This document shows, one piece after another, positions 38,526-46,200 of a DNA stretch of 64,000 nt. Numbering within the stretch: the stretch's first letter is position 1; each line of letters starts with the position of its first letter. A model generated the notes under the pieces. That model saw only the letters and a list, made by a program, of their open reading frames with translations, did no database searches and was not told the origin of the DNA. The translations under genes were made by a program, and so were the position numbers. The stretch comes from a virus. The DNA lies in the IMG/VR virus record IMGVR_UViG_3300044608_002890, one strand, 5' to 3'.

Positions 38526-38627
38526 GGATGGGACTAGCATGCCAGCGAAGGCTAGTAAAATATCCACTGGTGCCAACGCCACATGGGTTGGCAATCATCA
38601 ATCTCGCTTTCGAGGAGAACCATTATG
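38526..38627 (+). promoter_or_regulatory. ROSE-like RNA thermometer in the hsp20 leader
   Basis: Upstream hairpins (ACTAGC/GCTAGT, TGCCAAC/GTTGGCA) then TCTC-G-CT-TTCG-AG-GAGA, in which UCGCU pairs with the SD AGGAG around a bulged G; AUG at 38625. Confidence 0.65.
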
Positions 38628-39122
38628 ACACTTATGCTGAAAAACGGCACTTTCGACATGTTTAAAGACATTGAAAAATTTTTCGTAGGTTTTGACGACA
38701 CCTATAATCGCATGGCCAAGTTCCATGACGATGTGACCAAAAATATTCCTAACTATCCTCCGTACAACATCCGCAAGGTCGAAGATAACCACTATGTTAT
38801 CGAATTGGCTGTAGCTGGTTTTGCACGACAGGACATAGACATCACCTTTGAGGACAACAAGTTAATCATCAGCGGTAAAACCGAAGATGATAACAATAAT
38901 TTCCTTTTCAAGGGCATTGCCAATCGTGCGTTCACTCGCACCTTCTTCCTGGACGACACCATGGAAATTAATGATGCGTTCATGATGAATGGCATGCTTA
39001 AGATTGCTCTGGAAAAGATCATCCCCGAGCACAAGAAGCCCAAGAAAATCGCTGTTGCCGATGGTGAAACCAAATCCAAAACTAAAAAGACACTGTTGAC
39101 CGAAGATGATACTAATATCTAA
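38625..39122 (+). CDS. hsp20: Small heat-shock protein Hsp20 (IbpA-like)
   Basis: NYPPYNI, IELAVAGF, FKGIANRAFTRTF, NGMLKI..EKIIPEHKKPKKI; start after GAGGAG. Confidence 0.95.
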   Translation: MTLMLKNGTFDMFKDIEKFFVGFDDTYNRMAKFHDDVTKNIPNYPPYNIRKVEDNHYVIELAVAGFARQDIDITFEDNKLIISGKTEDDNNNFLFKGIANRAFTRTFFLDDTMEINDAFMMNGMLKIALEKIIPEHKKPKKIAVADGETKSKTKKTLLTEDDTNI

Positions 39123-39258
39123 ACTAAACGACCTTTGGTTATGGTTTAGAAAATGGTCAACGCCTAGCAATCCCATAGAAGATTACCTGGCTCAGAGTGT
39201 TGATAGAGCTGATTATGTTGCTCGATTCAAACAACTAAGACACAGGGGATATCTATGA
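39106..39258 (+). CDS. 50-aa peptide, DUF3563-like
   Basis: EDYLAQSVDRADYVARFKQL resembles the DUF3563 pattern (from recall, unverified). Confidence 0.45.
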   Translation: MILISKLNDLWLWFRKWSTPSNPIEDYLAQSVDRADYVARFKQLRHRGYL

Positions 39259-39365
39259 TGGCATTTCTCAAAGCAGCCTATGATGTATGGTGTACGGGTC
39301 TTGTAGCCAGTCATCTTACTCGCCGAGGCAAATGGCAAAGCGCCAGAAAGTTAATGCAGAAATAA
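39258..39365 (+). CDS. 35-aa microprotein
   Basis: TGATG overlap; MAFLKAAYDVWCTGLVASHLTRRGKWQSARKLMQK. Confidence 0.4.
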   Translation: MAFLKAAYDVWCTGLVASHLTRRGKWQSARKLMQK

Positions 39366-39366
39366 C

Positions 39367-39519
39367 ATGGAACTAGGACTACAAGTAGCTTTTTTGATAT
39401 TGTTTGCTCTTTGCACCCTGGTGGCTCTAGAAGATGCCTTAAAAGAGAAACCAGTATTGGGTGAAGAATGGGATTTTACCAAACCGCACCATACCAGAAA
39501 GGTTCAACATGAAAGTTAG
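39367..39519 (+). CDS. 50-aa membrane-anchored microprotein
   Basis: N-terminal hydrophobic helix; packed between neighbours. Confidence 0.35.
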   Translation: MELGLQVAFLILFALCTLVALEDALKEKPVLGEEWDFTKPHHTRKVQHES

Positions 39520-39589
39520 CTTGAACTGGTGGCCCGTAACCGACGAAGAATGGGAACAGCTAAACTACCCAGATCGTAAAAAGCAGTAA
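39509..39589 (+). CDS. 26-aa microprotein
   Basis: MKVSLNWWPVTDEEWEQLNYPDRKKQ; AGG upstream; followed by a terminator. Confidence 0.4.
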   Translation: MKVSLNWWPVTDEEWEQLNYPDRKKQ

Positions 39590-39593
39590 ATCC

Positions 39594-39615
39594 GGAGGCC
39601 TTCGGGCCTCCTTTT
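39594..39615 (+). terminator. Rho-independent terminator
   Basis: GGAGGCC-TTCG-GGCCTCC-TTTT. Confidence 0.85.
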
Positions 39616-39617
39616 CA

Positions 39618-39625
39618 TATAAATA
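39618..39625 (+). promoter_or_regulatory. T4-type late promoter TATAAATA
   Basis: Exact consensus directly after the terminator. Confidence 0.75.
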
Positions 39626-39636
39626 ATGGAGTTATA

Positions 39637-39915
39637 ATGATTAAAATTGTTAAATTGATCTCTGGCGAAGAGCTCATCGGTGATGTTACTACATCCGATT
39701 CCAAGCTCAATATACAAAAGCCCGCCATCATCCAGCTCATGCCCAGCCGCACCGAACCCAACCAGATCATGGTAGGTCTGATTCCCTATGCACAATATAC
39801 CAAGTCTCATGCCATCGAAGTTGCTTCCAGCACAGTATTGTGGGTAGAAGAACCAGTTGATGATTTATACAACAACTATAATTCGATGTTTGGGACAGGT
39901 ATTCAACTTGTCTAA
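39637..39915 (+). CDS. Conserved small T4-like protein (Sm-like fold suspected)
   Basis: IKIVKLISGEELIG...Y..MFGTGI. Confidence 0.7.
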   Translation: MIKIVKLISGEELIGDVTTSDSKLNIQKPAIIQLMPSRTEPNQIMVGLIPYAQYTKSHAIEVASSTVLWVEEPVDDLYNNYNSMFGTGIQLV

Positions 39916-39924
39916 GGAGAACAC

Positions 39925-40935
39925 ATGATTAAAACTGCGCTTGTGTATGGTGGTGGCGGATTCATTGGTAGTCATCTGGTTCGTAAACTCAGAGCTGAAA
40001 ATTACTTCATTCGAGTCGTTGATCTAAAAAAACCTGAATTCAGCGATTCTCCGGCCGATGATTTTAAGGTCGGGGATCTTACAAATTACGATCTTGTCAG
40101 CCACTCGTTGGTCTTGCCCGCAGGATTAAACACTGAATTCAATGATTTTGATGAAATCTATCAGCTGGCTGCAGACATGGGCGGAGCAGGTTATATCTTT
40201 ACTGGCGATAATGATAGTGAAGTCATGACCAACAGTGCTGCCATCAACATCAATCTTTGCAAGGCCGTAGCCGAAAGAAATATGGCCAGGGGTAAAGTAC
40301 ATTCACGTATTTTTTATAGCAGTAGCGCCTGTATCTACCCCGAACATAATCAAATGGATCCCAACAATCCTAATTGTGTAGAGGATTCAGCCTATCCTGC
40401 CAACCCTGATAGCGAATATGGTTGGGAAAAACTTTTCAGCGAAAGACTTTTCTTGGCCTATAATCGCAATCACGGCATACCAGTACGCATTGCTCGTTAT
40501 CACAATGTATTTGGTCCCGAAGGCACCTGGACCGGTGGTCGTGAAAAAGCACCCGCAGCCATCTGCAGAAAGGTAGCTGAATGCACCACAGGTACCATAG
40601 ATGTCTGGGGCGATGGCGAACAGACACGTAGCTTCATGTACGTAGACGAATGTGTTGAAGGCACGCTCAGACTCATGCGTTCGGACTTTACGGGCCCTGT
40701 GAATCTGGGTAGCACTGAGATGCTAAGCATCAATCAATTAGTTGATATGGTCGCAGGCATTGCTGGCAAATCCATTACCAAAAATCACATTCCAGGACCT
40801 TTGGGTGTCAGGGGTAGGGTCAGCGACAATCGCCTCATCCAGGAAAAACTTGGTTGGGCACCTAGTGCGCCCTTGCAAGCAGGCATGGCCAAAACCTATG
40901 AGTGGGTGCATGAACAAGTTCAACGTGCAAATTGA
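39925..40935 (+). CDS. NAD-dependent epimerase, GDP-mannose 3,5-epimerase-like
   Basis: GGGGFIGSHL, QLAADMGGAGYI, SSSACIYPE, PDSEYGWEKLFSE, GREKAPAAICRKVA, PLGVRGR. Confidence 0.9.
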   Translation: MIKTALVYGGGGFIGSHLVRKLRAENYFIRVVDLKKPEFSDSPADDFKVGDLTNYDLVSHSLVLPAGLNTEFNDFDEIYQLAADMGGAGYIFTGDNDSEVMTNSAAININLCKAVAERNMARGKVHSRIFYSSSACIYPEHNQMDPNNPNCVEDSAYPANPDSEYGWEKLFSERLFLAYNRNHGIPVRIARYHNVFGPEGTWTGGREKAPAAICRKVAECTTGTIDVWGDGEQTRSFMYVDECVEGTLRLMRSDFTGPVNLGSTEMLSINQLVDMVAGIAGKSITKNHIPGPLGVRGRVSDNRLIQEKLGWAPSAPLQAGMAKTYEWVHEQVQRAN

Positions 40936-41170
40936 CATTGTTTTAAAATGGCTGGCAACAGGCATGCTCATCATGGGCGCATTGTTGACCAGCGGTAACT
41001 GGTTTTATCCTTGGAATGTAGCATTCTTCCTGGCAGGCAACATGGCCTGGGCAGCGGTGGGCATTCTCTGGCGCGAAACCAGCCTCATAGTTCTTAACGT
41101 AGGCATCACCTTTATCTATGTTGGTGGTATGATCATTAAATACTGGAGTACATATGCAACGAACAGCTAG
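40910..41170 (+). CDS. Small multi-pass membrane protein
   Basis: About three hydrophobic helices; start uncertain (ATG 40910 or GTG 40925). Confidence 0.6.
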   Translation: MNKFNVQIDIVLKWLATGMLIMGALLTSGNWFYPWNVAFFLAGNMAWAAVGILWRETSLIVLNVGITFIYVGGMIIKYWSTYATNS

Positions 41171-41291
41171 AGTGGATTCAAGAGGTAAGGTCGTTAAAAA
41201 ACGCACCAAGAGTGGTGGTCAGGTTCGTCGTAGCAGCATGAGCAAGCACGAAAAACGAAGCTACAAAGCCTATCGCGGTCAGGGCCGATAG
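41154..41291 (+). CDS. 45-aa highly basic peptide ending YKAYRGQGR
   Basis: GGAG SD at about -10; Lys/Arg-rich. Confidence 0.55.
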   Translation: MQRTARVDSRGKVVKKRTKSGGQVRRSSMSKHEKRSYKAYRGQGR

Positions 41292-41383
41292 AAATATTAA
41301 GTTTCTGTTAAGATTGGCACAACGGTGTTTTTTCATGGGTTAAAAATCTTAAATAATAGTATACCAACATTTTTGAGGAACCC

Positions 41384-42391
41384 ATGAAAAAATTACTTGC
41401 AATTTTACTTTTCCCTTTGTTTTCATTAGCTCATGCTGCTGAGATAACTGGTGCAGGTGCTACCTTTCCCTACCCCATCTATGCCAAATGGGCCGAAGCA
41501 TATAACAAGGCCACCGGCAATACCCTTAACTATCAGAGTATAGGTAGTTCAGGTGGCATTCGTCAAATCAATAATAAAACAGTTACTTTTGGTGCGTCAG
41601 ATGCTCCAGTTAAAGGAGAGGATCTTGATAAACTTGGACAAGTTCAATTCCCTGCTATCATCGGTGGCACAGTGCCTGTTATCAATCTTGATGGCTTCAA
41701 GGCAGGTGAACTTCGCATCACAGGACCTGTACTTGCCGAAGTGTTCATGGGCAACATAACCAAATGGAACGATGATAAACTTGTTAAACTTAATCCTGGG
41801 AAATCCCTCCCCAACACCAATATTACAGTGGTTCATAGAGCTGATGGATCTGGTACTACTTTTAATTGGACTGATTATCTCACTAGTGTTAGCCCAGAAT
41901 GGGAGAAACGAGTTGGACGAGGAGCAGCAGTAAAATGGCCTGCTACCAGTTCAGTGGGTGGTAAAGGTAACGAAGGTGTTGCTGCCAATGTAAATAGAAT
42001 TAAGGGTAGTATAGGCTACGTAGAATATGCTTATGTGAAAAAGAACCTAATGAACTACATGAAGCTACAGAACAAATCAGGTAACTTCGTCGACCCCGAT
42101 GATGCGACATTTGCTGCAGCAGCGGCAGGTGCAGACTGGTTCAGCGTGCCAGGCATGGGGCTGAGCATCGTAAATCAGGGCGGCAAAGATACCTGGCCCG
42201 TTACTACAGCCAGTTTCATCATCATGTACAAGGAACCTGCAGACAAAAAAGCAAGCTCTGAAGTCATAAAGTTTTTTGATTGGGCATTCAAGAATGGTGC
42301 CAAGCTAAGTGTCGAACTAGACTATGTTCATTTACCAGATAAACTACAGGCTGACATTCGTAGTCGCGTCTGGAGTCAGATCAAAAATTAA
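41384..42391 (+). CDS. pstS: Phosphate ABC transporter substrate-binding protein PstS
   Basis: Signal peptide; GAGATFP, YQSIGSSGG, FGASD, HRADGSGTT, GKGNEGV, IGYVE. Confidence 0.97.
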   Translation: MKKLLAILLFPLFSLAHAAEITGAGATFPYPIYAKWAEAYNKATGNTLNYQSIGSSGGIRQINNKTVTFGASDAPVKGEDLDKLGQVQFPAIIGGTVPVINLDGFKAGELRITGPVLAEVFMGNITKWNDDKLVKLNPGKSLPNTNITVVHRADGSGTTFNWTDYLTSVSPEWEKRVGRGAAVKWPATSSVGGKGNEGVAANVNRIKGSIGYVEYAYVKKNLMNYMKLQNKSGNFVDPDDATFAAAAAGADWFSVPGMGLSIVNQGGKDTWPVTTASFIIMYKEPADKKASSEVIKFFDWAFKNGAKLSVELDYVHLPDKLQADIRSRVWSQIKN

Positions 42392-42401
42392 TAGGTGATG
42401 T

Positions 42402-42617
42402 ATGGGTGATGCAGCGGGTGGATTTTTGGGTGTGTTTGAACAAAGAGTAGGTCAATTGAGAAAAAGACTAAAAGAAGAATTAGACAAAGACAAACCCATC
42501 CGCTGTCGTAGAACACTTAAAAAGATTATAAAAGAAATAAAAGAATGGGAAGATGTTCTACATCAACATCGCAAAGATACAAGAAGGTGCCCGCATTGTG
42601 GTGAAAAGTTAGAATAA
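42402..42617 (+). CDS. Hypothetical protein with C-terminal CPHCG
   Basis: 71-aa ORF, AGGTG SD. Confidence 0.5.
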   Translation: MGDAAGGFLGVFEQRVGQLRKRLKEELDKDKPIRCRRTLKKIIKEIKEWEDVLHQHRKDTRRCPHCGEKLE

Positions 42618-42634
42618 TTTAAAGAGGTAACGTT

Positions 42635-42841
42635 ATGCAAGAACTCTTTTGGGATATAAAATTCAACGGTATGTACATAGGTACCGCTCCTGATAGTTTA
42701 AAAGATATCTATGTGCGCTGGTACTTGCTCATGAACAATAGGCCCGATGTGCATTCTACAGACCACATTGAATATGCTCTAAGACACCCGGTCAATCTTA
42801 GAAATGATCTAGATACCTGGAGAGTTCTTGATTTGGCTTAA
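42635..42841 (+). CDS. Hypothetical protein
   Basis: 68-aa ORF, GAGGT SD. Confidence 0.5.
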   Translation: MQELFWDIKFNGMYIGTAPDSLKDIYVRWYLLMNNRPDVHSTDHIEYALRHPVNLRNDLDTWRVLDLA

Positions 42842-42860
42842 AAATATTCAAGAAACGGTC

Positions 42861-42889
42861 TTGACCGTCAGATAAAACATATATATAAT
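42861..42889 (+). promoter_or_regulatory. Sigma70-like promoter
   Basis: TTGACC-17 bp-TATAAT. Confidence 0.65.
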
Positions 42890-42912
42890 GTAAGCATCAA
42901 AAGGAGATAATA

Positions 42913-43242
42913 GTGATCCGTAAACTAGCCGCAGCAGCAATTGCCCTGAGCCTCAGTAGCTCGGTGCTTGCCTACGGCCCACACGGACATAGACACTATC
43001 ATCACCATCATCGTCATGGGTCCCATTGGGTTGGTCCAGCTGTTGCCGGCGTTGTTCTCGGTACAGTCATAGCCAATGCCTATGCCAGACCACCGCTTGT
43101 GATCCAGGAGCCCGTCTATGTTAATCCGGTGCCTCCGACCATAGTAGTTCCAACGCAATGTTGGATAGAGTTTACAAATCCCTATACGGGAATCAGAGAG
43201 ACCCAGCTAGTCGATTGTAAACGAATTAGTTCAGCGCAGTAG
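42913..43242 (+). CDS. Secreted His/Pro-rich small protein
   Basis: GTG start after AGGAG; signal peptide, His run, Gly-zipper-like helix, Pro-rich tail. Confidence 0.65.
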   Translation: MIRKLAAAAIALSLSSSVLAYGPHGHRHYHHHHRHGSHWVGPAVAGVVLGTVIANAYARPPLVIQEPVYVNPVPPTIVVPTQCWIEFTNPYTGIRETQLVDCKRISSAQ

Positions 43243-43249
43243 AACAGTC

Positions 43250-43344
43250 GGTAGGTAGCACAGGTGTGCGGCGGGGTCTTATAAGCCCTGGAGACTGGTC
43301 AGATGGGCTGGAACGGAAAGGTTCGATTCCTTTACCTACTACCA
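43250..43344 (+). tRNA. trnI: tRNA-Ile(UAU) with an unusually long extra arm
   Basis: Acceptor GGTAGGT/ACCTACT+ACCA; anticodon loop CTTATAA; T arm AAAGG-TTCGATT-CCTTT; 95 nt. Confidence 0.75.
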
Positions 43345-43361
43345 AATATAGAAAAAATAGC

Positions 43362-43390
43362 TTGACAACTAGAGCCTAAGGTACTATAAT
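43362..43390 (+). promoter_or_regulatory. Sigma70-like promoter for the tRNA array
   Basis: TTGACA-17 bp-TATAAT (perfect consensus). Confidence 0.85.
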
Positions 43391-43402
43391 TATGTTTTAA
43401 AT

Positions 43403-43481
<79 letters not shown>

Positions 43482-43489
43482 AAATTTGC

Positions 43490-43518
43490 TTGACAACAAG
43501 TTGTAGTAATGCTAGAAT
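43490..43518 (+). promoter_or_regulatory. Sigma70-like promoter with extended -10
   Basis: TTGACA-17 bp-TAGAAT with TG; abuts the tRNA-Phe 5' end. Confidence 0.6.
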
Positions 43519-43594
43519 GCTTCCTAAGCTAATCTAGTGAAAGCGTCGGTCTGAAGAACCGAAGAGCCTGGAGCGAAACCAGGAGGGAGCACCA
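43519..43594 (+). tRNA. trnF: tRNA-Phe(GAA), atypical T loop
   Basis: TCGGT-CTGAAGA-ACCGA; T arm CCTGG-AGCGAAA-CCAGG; ACCA end. Confidence 0.85.
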
Positions 43595-43728
43595 TGTACA
43601 CTCGCAGTCCGAAGGATAGTTTTTTGAGATTCATGCAAAATGCCTATGCCGATACCAATCTAACTCTAGCAGAGATTGTTGTGTTGGTCTTATGCGTAAT
43701 TTTGGGGATATATTATGTCTTTGTCTAA
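43594..43728 (+). CDS. Possible 44-aa membrane microprotein
   Basis: C-terminal hydrophobic helix; overlaps the start of the next ORF; no clear SD. Confidence 0.3.
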   Translation: MYTRSPKDSFLRFMQNAYADTNLTLAEIVVLVLCVILGIYYVFV

Positions 43729-44140
43729 AGAACCATTCTTCAGCATAACAGCTCGTGATTGTGAGTGGAGTTATACCCGGGGCACCGGTGCCGGTGGACA
43801 GAAGCGCAACAAGACCAGTTCCGCTGTCCATTGCATTCACAAGGCATCCGGAGCCCACGGATATAGCGAAAGCAGCAGAAGTCAGCTTGACAATCGGAAA
43901 GATGCCTTTAAAAAGATGGCCGAGACCGATAAGTTTAAACGATGGATTCACATTGAATACATGAAGCGAACCGGAGAGTATTTAGAAGCCGAAAGACAGT
44001 TGGAAAAAAGCTTGACAAAAGTTCGTCTAGAGGTTAAAATAGATGGACGATGGACAGAAGTGCGAGCCGACCAGCTTGTAGATGATCCAGATAATTTTGA
44101 TTTTAGTTTCCTAGAGGAGAGTCCAGATGGGCAGCGATAA
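43715..44140 (+). CDS. Standalone release-factor (RF-1) GGQ-domain protein, ArfB/PrfH-like peptidyl-tRNA hydrolase
   Basis: YTRGTGAGGQKRNKTSSAV...H..SG...SRSQLDNRKDAF. Confidence 0.85.
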   Translation: MSLSKEPFFSITARDCEWSYTRGTGAGGQKRNKTSSAVHCIHKASGAHGYSESSRSQLDNRKDAFKKMAETDKFKRWIHIEYMKRTGEYLEAERQLEKSLTKVRLEVKIDGRWTEVRADQLVDDPDNFDFSFLEESPDGQR

Positions 44141-44155
44141 GGTACGAAAGATACT

Positions 44156-44230
44156 GCGGGTATGGCGAAATGGTATCGCATCAGGCTTTTAACCTGTAAG
44201 TTCGGGGTTCGAATCCCTGTGCCCGCACCA
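44156..44230 (+). tRNA. trnK: tRNA-Lys(UUU)
   Basis: GCGGGTA/TGCCCGC; loop CTTTTAA; GGTTCGAATCC; ACCA. Confidence 0.9.
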
Positions 44231-44293
44231 TATTCAAGCACATTGCCGAACAGACAAATGGCGGCAAGCCGATGAGCAGTGTGTTTGAATATG
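44229..44293 (+). repeat. Inverted-repeat cassette 1
   Basis: CATATTCAAGCACA ... TGTGTTTGAATATG; the left arm starts inside the tRNA-Lys CCA. Confidence 0.85.
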
Positions 44294-44296
44294 TTA

Positions 44297-44371
44297 GGGC
44301 TGGTAGTGATAATGGGAGCACGGGGCCTTTGCACGGCTCAGGTAAGAGTTCGATTCTCTTTCGGTCCACCA
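44297..44371 (+). tRNA. trnA: tRNA-Ala(UGC)
   Basis: Loop TTTGCAC; G3-U70 identity pair; ACCA. Confidence 0.88.
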
Positions 44372-44374
44372 ATT

Positions 44375-44449
44375 AGGGGTGTAGTATAACGGTCAGTACA
44401 ACGGGCTTTGAACTCGTGGGTCTAGGTTCGATTCCTGGCACCCCCGCCA
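44375..44449 (+). tRNA. trnQ: tRNA-Gln(UUG)
   Basis: ACGGG-CTTTGAA-CTCGT; G discriminator; CCA. Confidence 0.88.
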
Positions 44450-44461
44450 ATGGAGATAGAC

Positions 44462-44686
44462 ATGGTAAGAAAAACTAAGGTGGCTGAGAAGCCTGCAAAG
44501 AAAGAAGCAAAAGTTGCACCAGTCAAGAAGCCCAAACAGGCCAAGATCGAAGTTGATGCTGTAGAACAAGTTAAAGATGGCACTTATAAAGGTGAATATA
44601 GTACTTCTTCATACAACAAAGGAGAACTAATTAGTTTTGATATTGATTGGGATCGATTGAAAGAACATTTACGGAAGGTTGGCTGA
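44462..44686 (+). CDS. Hypothetical protein with Lys/Ala/Pro-rich N-terminus
   Basis: GGAG SD at 44452; stop codon lies inside tRNA-Ser(GCU). Confidence 0.55.
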   Translation: MVRKTKVAEKPAKKEAKVAPVKKPKQAKIEVDAVEQVKDGTYKGEYSTSSYNKGELISFDIDWDRLKEHLRKVG

Positions 44687-44764
44687 GAGGCTCAAGGCAG
44701 CGGTTTGCTAAACCGTCGATTCAGGAAACTGGGTCCGTGGGTTCGAATCCCACACCTTCCACCA
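44673..44764 (+). tRNA. trnS: tRNA-Ser(GCU)
   Basis: GCGGT-TTGCTAA-ACCGT; long variable arm; GGAAGGT/ACCTTCC. Confidence 0.92.
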
Positions 44765-44765
44765 G

Positions 44766-44840
44766 GCTGATGTAGATCAGTGGTAGATCGCTGACTTGGT
44801 AAGTCAGAGGCCGTGAGTTCAATCCTCGCCATCAGCACCA
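44766..44840 (+). tRNA. trnT: tRNA-Thr(GGU)
   Basis: CTGAC-TTGGTAA-GTCAG; GCTGATG/CATCAGC. Confidence 0.92.
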
Positions 44841-44846
44841 AAAGAG

Positions 44847-45353
44847 ATGAAAATGTTAGATCTACATGTATTTGACAATGTATTTGATGACAAAGTTTTA
44901 AATGCATATCTGAAACGCATCACCGAACATTTTGCGGTACAGCAGCAGACCGGTGAAGTATTACAATGGCATCCGCATCGAAACATTAGATTGGATGTGC
45001 AAGATCCCATGGTATTAGAAGTTAAAGAATTTTTGCAATCCAAACTAAGAATGCGTACCAGTTGTTATGATGTAGAACTACAGACCTGGCCCATAGGTTC
45101 CTACAGCGATTTGCATTGTCATGACAAGACCAATTATGGACGTGCTGGTCTAGGAGACTATAACAGTTTACTGTATTTGAACGATGATTTTGAAGGTGGT
45201 GAATTTTTTACGGAGCACGGCATTACCATTGTACCAAAAAAGAATAGACTCACATTTTTTGATGGGTATAGAATAGCGCACGGTCTTAGGACTGTAGAAA
45301 AACGCAACAGGCATACATTGATTTTTTGGTGGTCAAACACCATGTGGTTGTAG
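44847..45353 (+). CDS. 2OG-Fe(II) oxygenase (prolyl-4-hydroxylase-like)
   Basis: W..GSYSDLHCHD, LLYLNDDFEGGEF, PKKNRLTFF, HGL, R.TLIFW. Confidence 0.85.
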   Translation: MKMLDLHVFDNVFDDKVLNAYLKRITEHFAVQQQTGEVLQWHPHRNIRLDVQDPMVLEVKEFLQSKLRMRTSCYDVELQTWPIGSYSDLHCHDKTNYGRAGLGDYNSLLYLNDDFEGGEFFTEHGITIVPKKNRLTFFDGYRIAHGLRTVEKRNRHTLIFWWSNTMWL

Positions 45354-45546
45354 TATCCCCGGACCTATGCCGGTTATCAGAGGCGCGACAAGACCAGCGT
45401 TAGGAGTCTTAGGTTTCTTTTTTCCTCCCTCTGGGCCATTCATCCAGCAGGGTAAAACAAAAGATAGGACGTGTCATCCGATACACAAGACACTGGACAG
45501 GGCAATACCTCATGTCGGGGCTCTTGGGAAAGAGTAGCCGATACCA
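45354..45546 (+). ncRNA. Candidate structured ncRNA A, ending in ACCA
   Basis: No long ORF; CAGAGG/CCTCTG helix, AGG-GCAA-TACCT and GCTCTT-GGGA-AAGAGT hairpins; family not recognised. Confidence 0.35.
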
Positions 45547-45646
45547 TATTGAAGCACACTTGAAGACCCGTCAAGGACCAACGCTACGATGCATAGACAT
45601 ATAAGCCGGGGCGAAAAAGTTTGGTATTAGTGTGTTTCAATATGGT
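45543..45646 (+). repeat. Inverted-repeat cassette 2
   Basis: ACCATATTGAAGCACACT ... AGTGTGTTTCAATATGGT, 68-nt insert. Confidence 0.9.
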
Positions 45647-45770
45647 AGCAATACCATAACACGTGGCCATCAGCGTGTATAAAGGCGGCGAGTCTTAAAC
45701 GAAGTCGGTGACGGGATAGGTAGAACAGTTACTCCGAAAATGTAACGCCGGATTTTGTAACCGGCAACCA
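45644..45770 (+). ncRNA. Candidate ncRNA B (GGT...ACCA) between cassettes 2 and 3
   Basis: Ends in GCCGG-ATTTTGTAA-CCGGC hairpin plus AACCA. Confidence 0.3.
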
Positions 45771-45868
45771 TATTGAAGCACATTCCTGCCGTATTGGTCT
45801 ACGGTTCGAAAAGCGATAGGACCTAGAGTAACCGCCTAGGGAGTTTGAAGAGTGTGTTTCAATATGGT
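45767..45868 (+). repeat. Inverted-repeat cassette 3
   Basis: ACCATATTGAAGCACATTC ... GAGTGTGTTTCAATATGGT; insert has CCGTA/TACGG and CCTAG/CTAGG hairpins. Confidence 0.9.
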
Positions 45869-46063
45869 GAGTAGGAAGTAACCGTGAGCCGACTTGGTGA
45901 GGTTGCAGACTAAAGATCAACTTCGACCGCGTAGATAGTCCGGACTATCGTTTGAAACGGAAGATGCATCCATCCCCTGCCCTACTGATCATAAGTCCGA
46001 TGTGAAATGAAGGTCAAAGTTTTTCGAGACTCAATTGGCAGTGATTTTCATCTTAGGACACCA
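45866..46063 (+). ncRNA. Candidate ncRNA C between cassettes 3 and 4
   Basis: GTAGG/CCTAC long-range helix; perfect 16-bp palindrome GATAGTCCGGACTATC at 45934-45949; ends in ACCA. Confidence 0.35.
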
Positions 46064-46200
46064 TATTGAAGCGCATTTCAAAATCCCGAAACTTTCTAGC
46101 ACGGGTCGACACAACCTAGAAAGCAACCGAAAAAAGGGTAAGATTGCAAGAGTGGGATACTCGGCGGTGAGAATCCGCAGGAAGTGTGTTTCAATATGGT
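46060..46200 (+). repeat. Inverted-repeat cassette 4
   Basis: ACCATATTGAAGCGCATTTC ... GAAGTGTGTTTCAATATGGT; about 100-nt structured insert (TTTCTAG/CTAGAAA, GCGG/CCGC). Confidence 0.9.
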
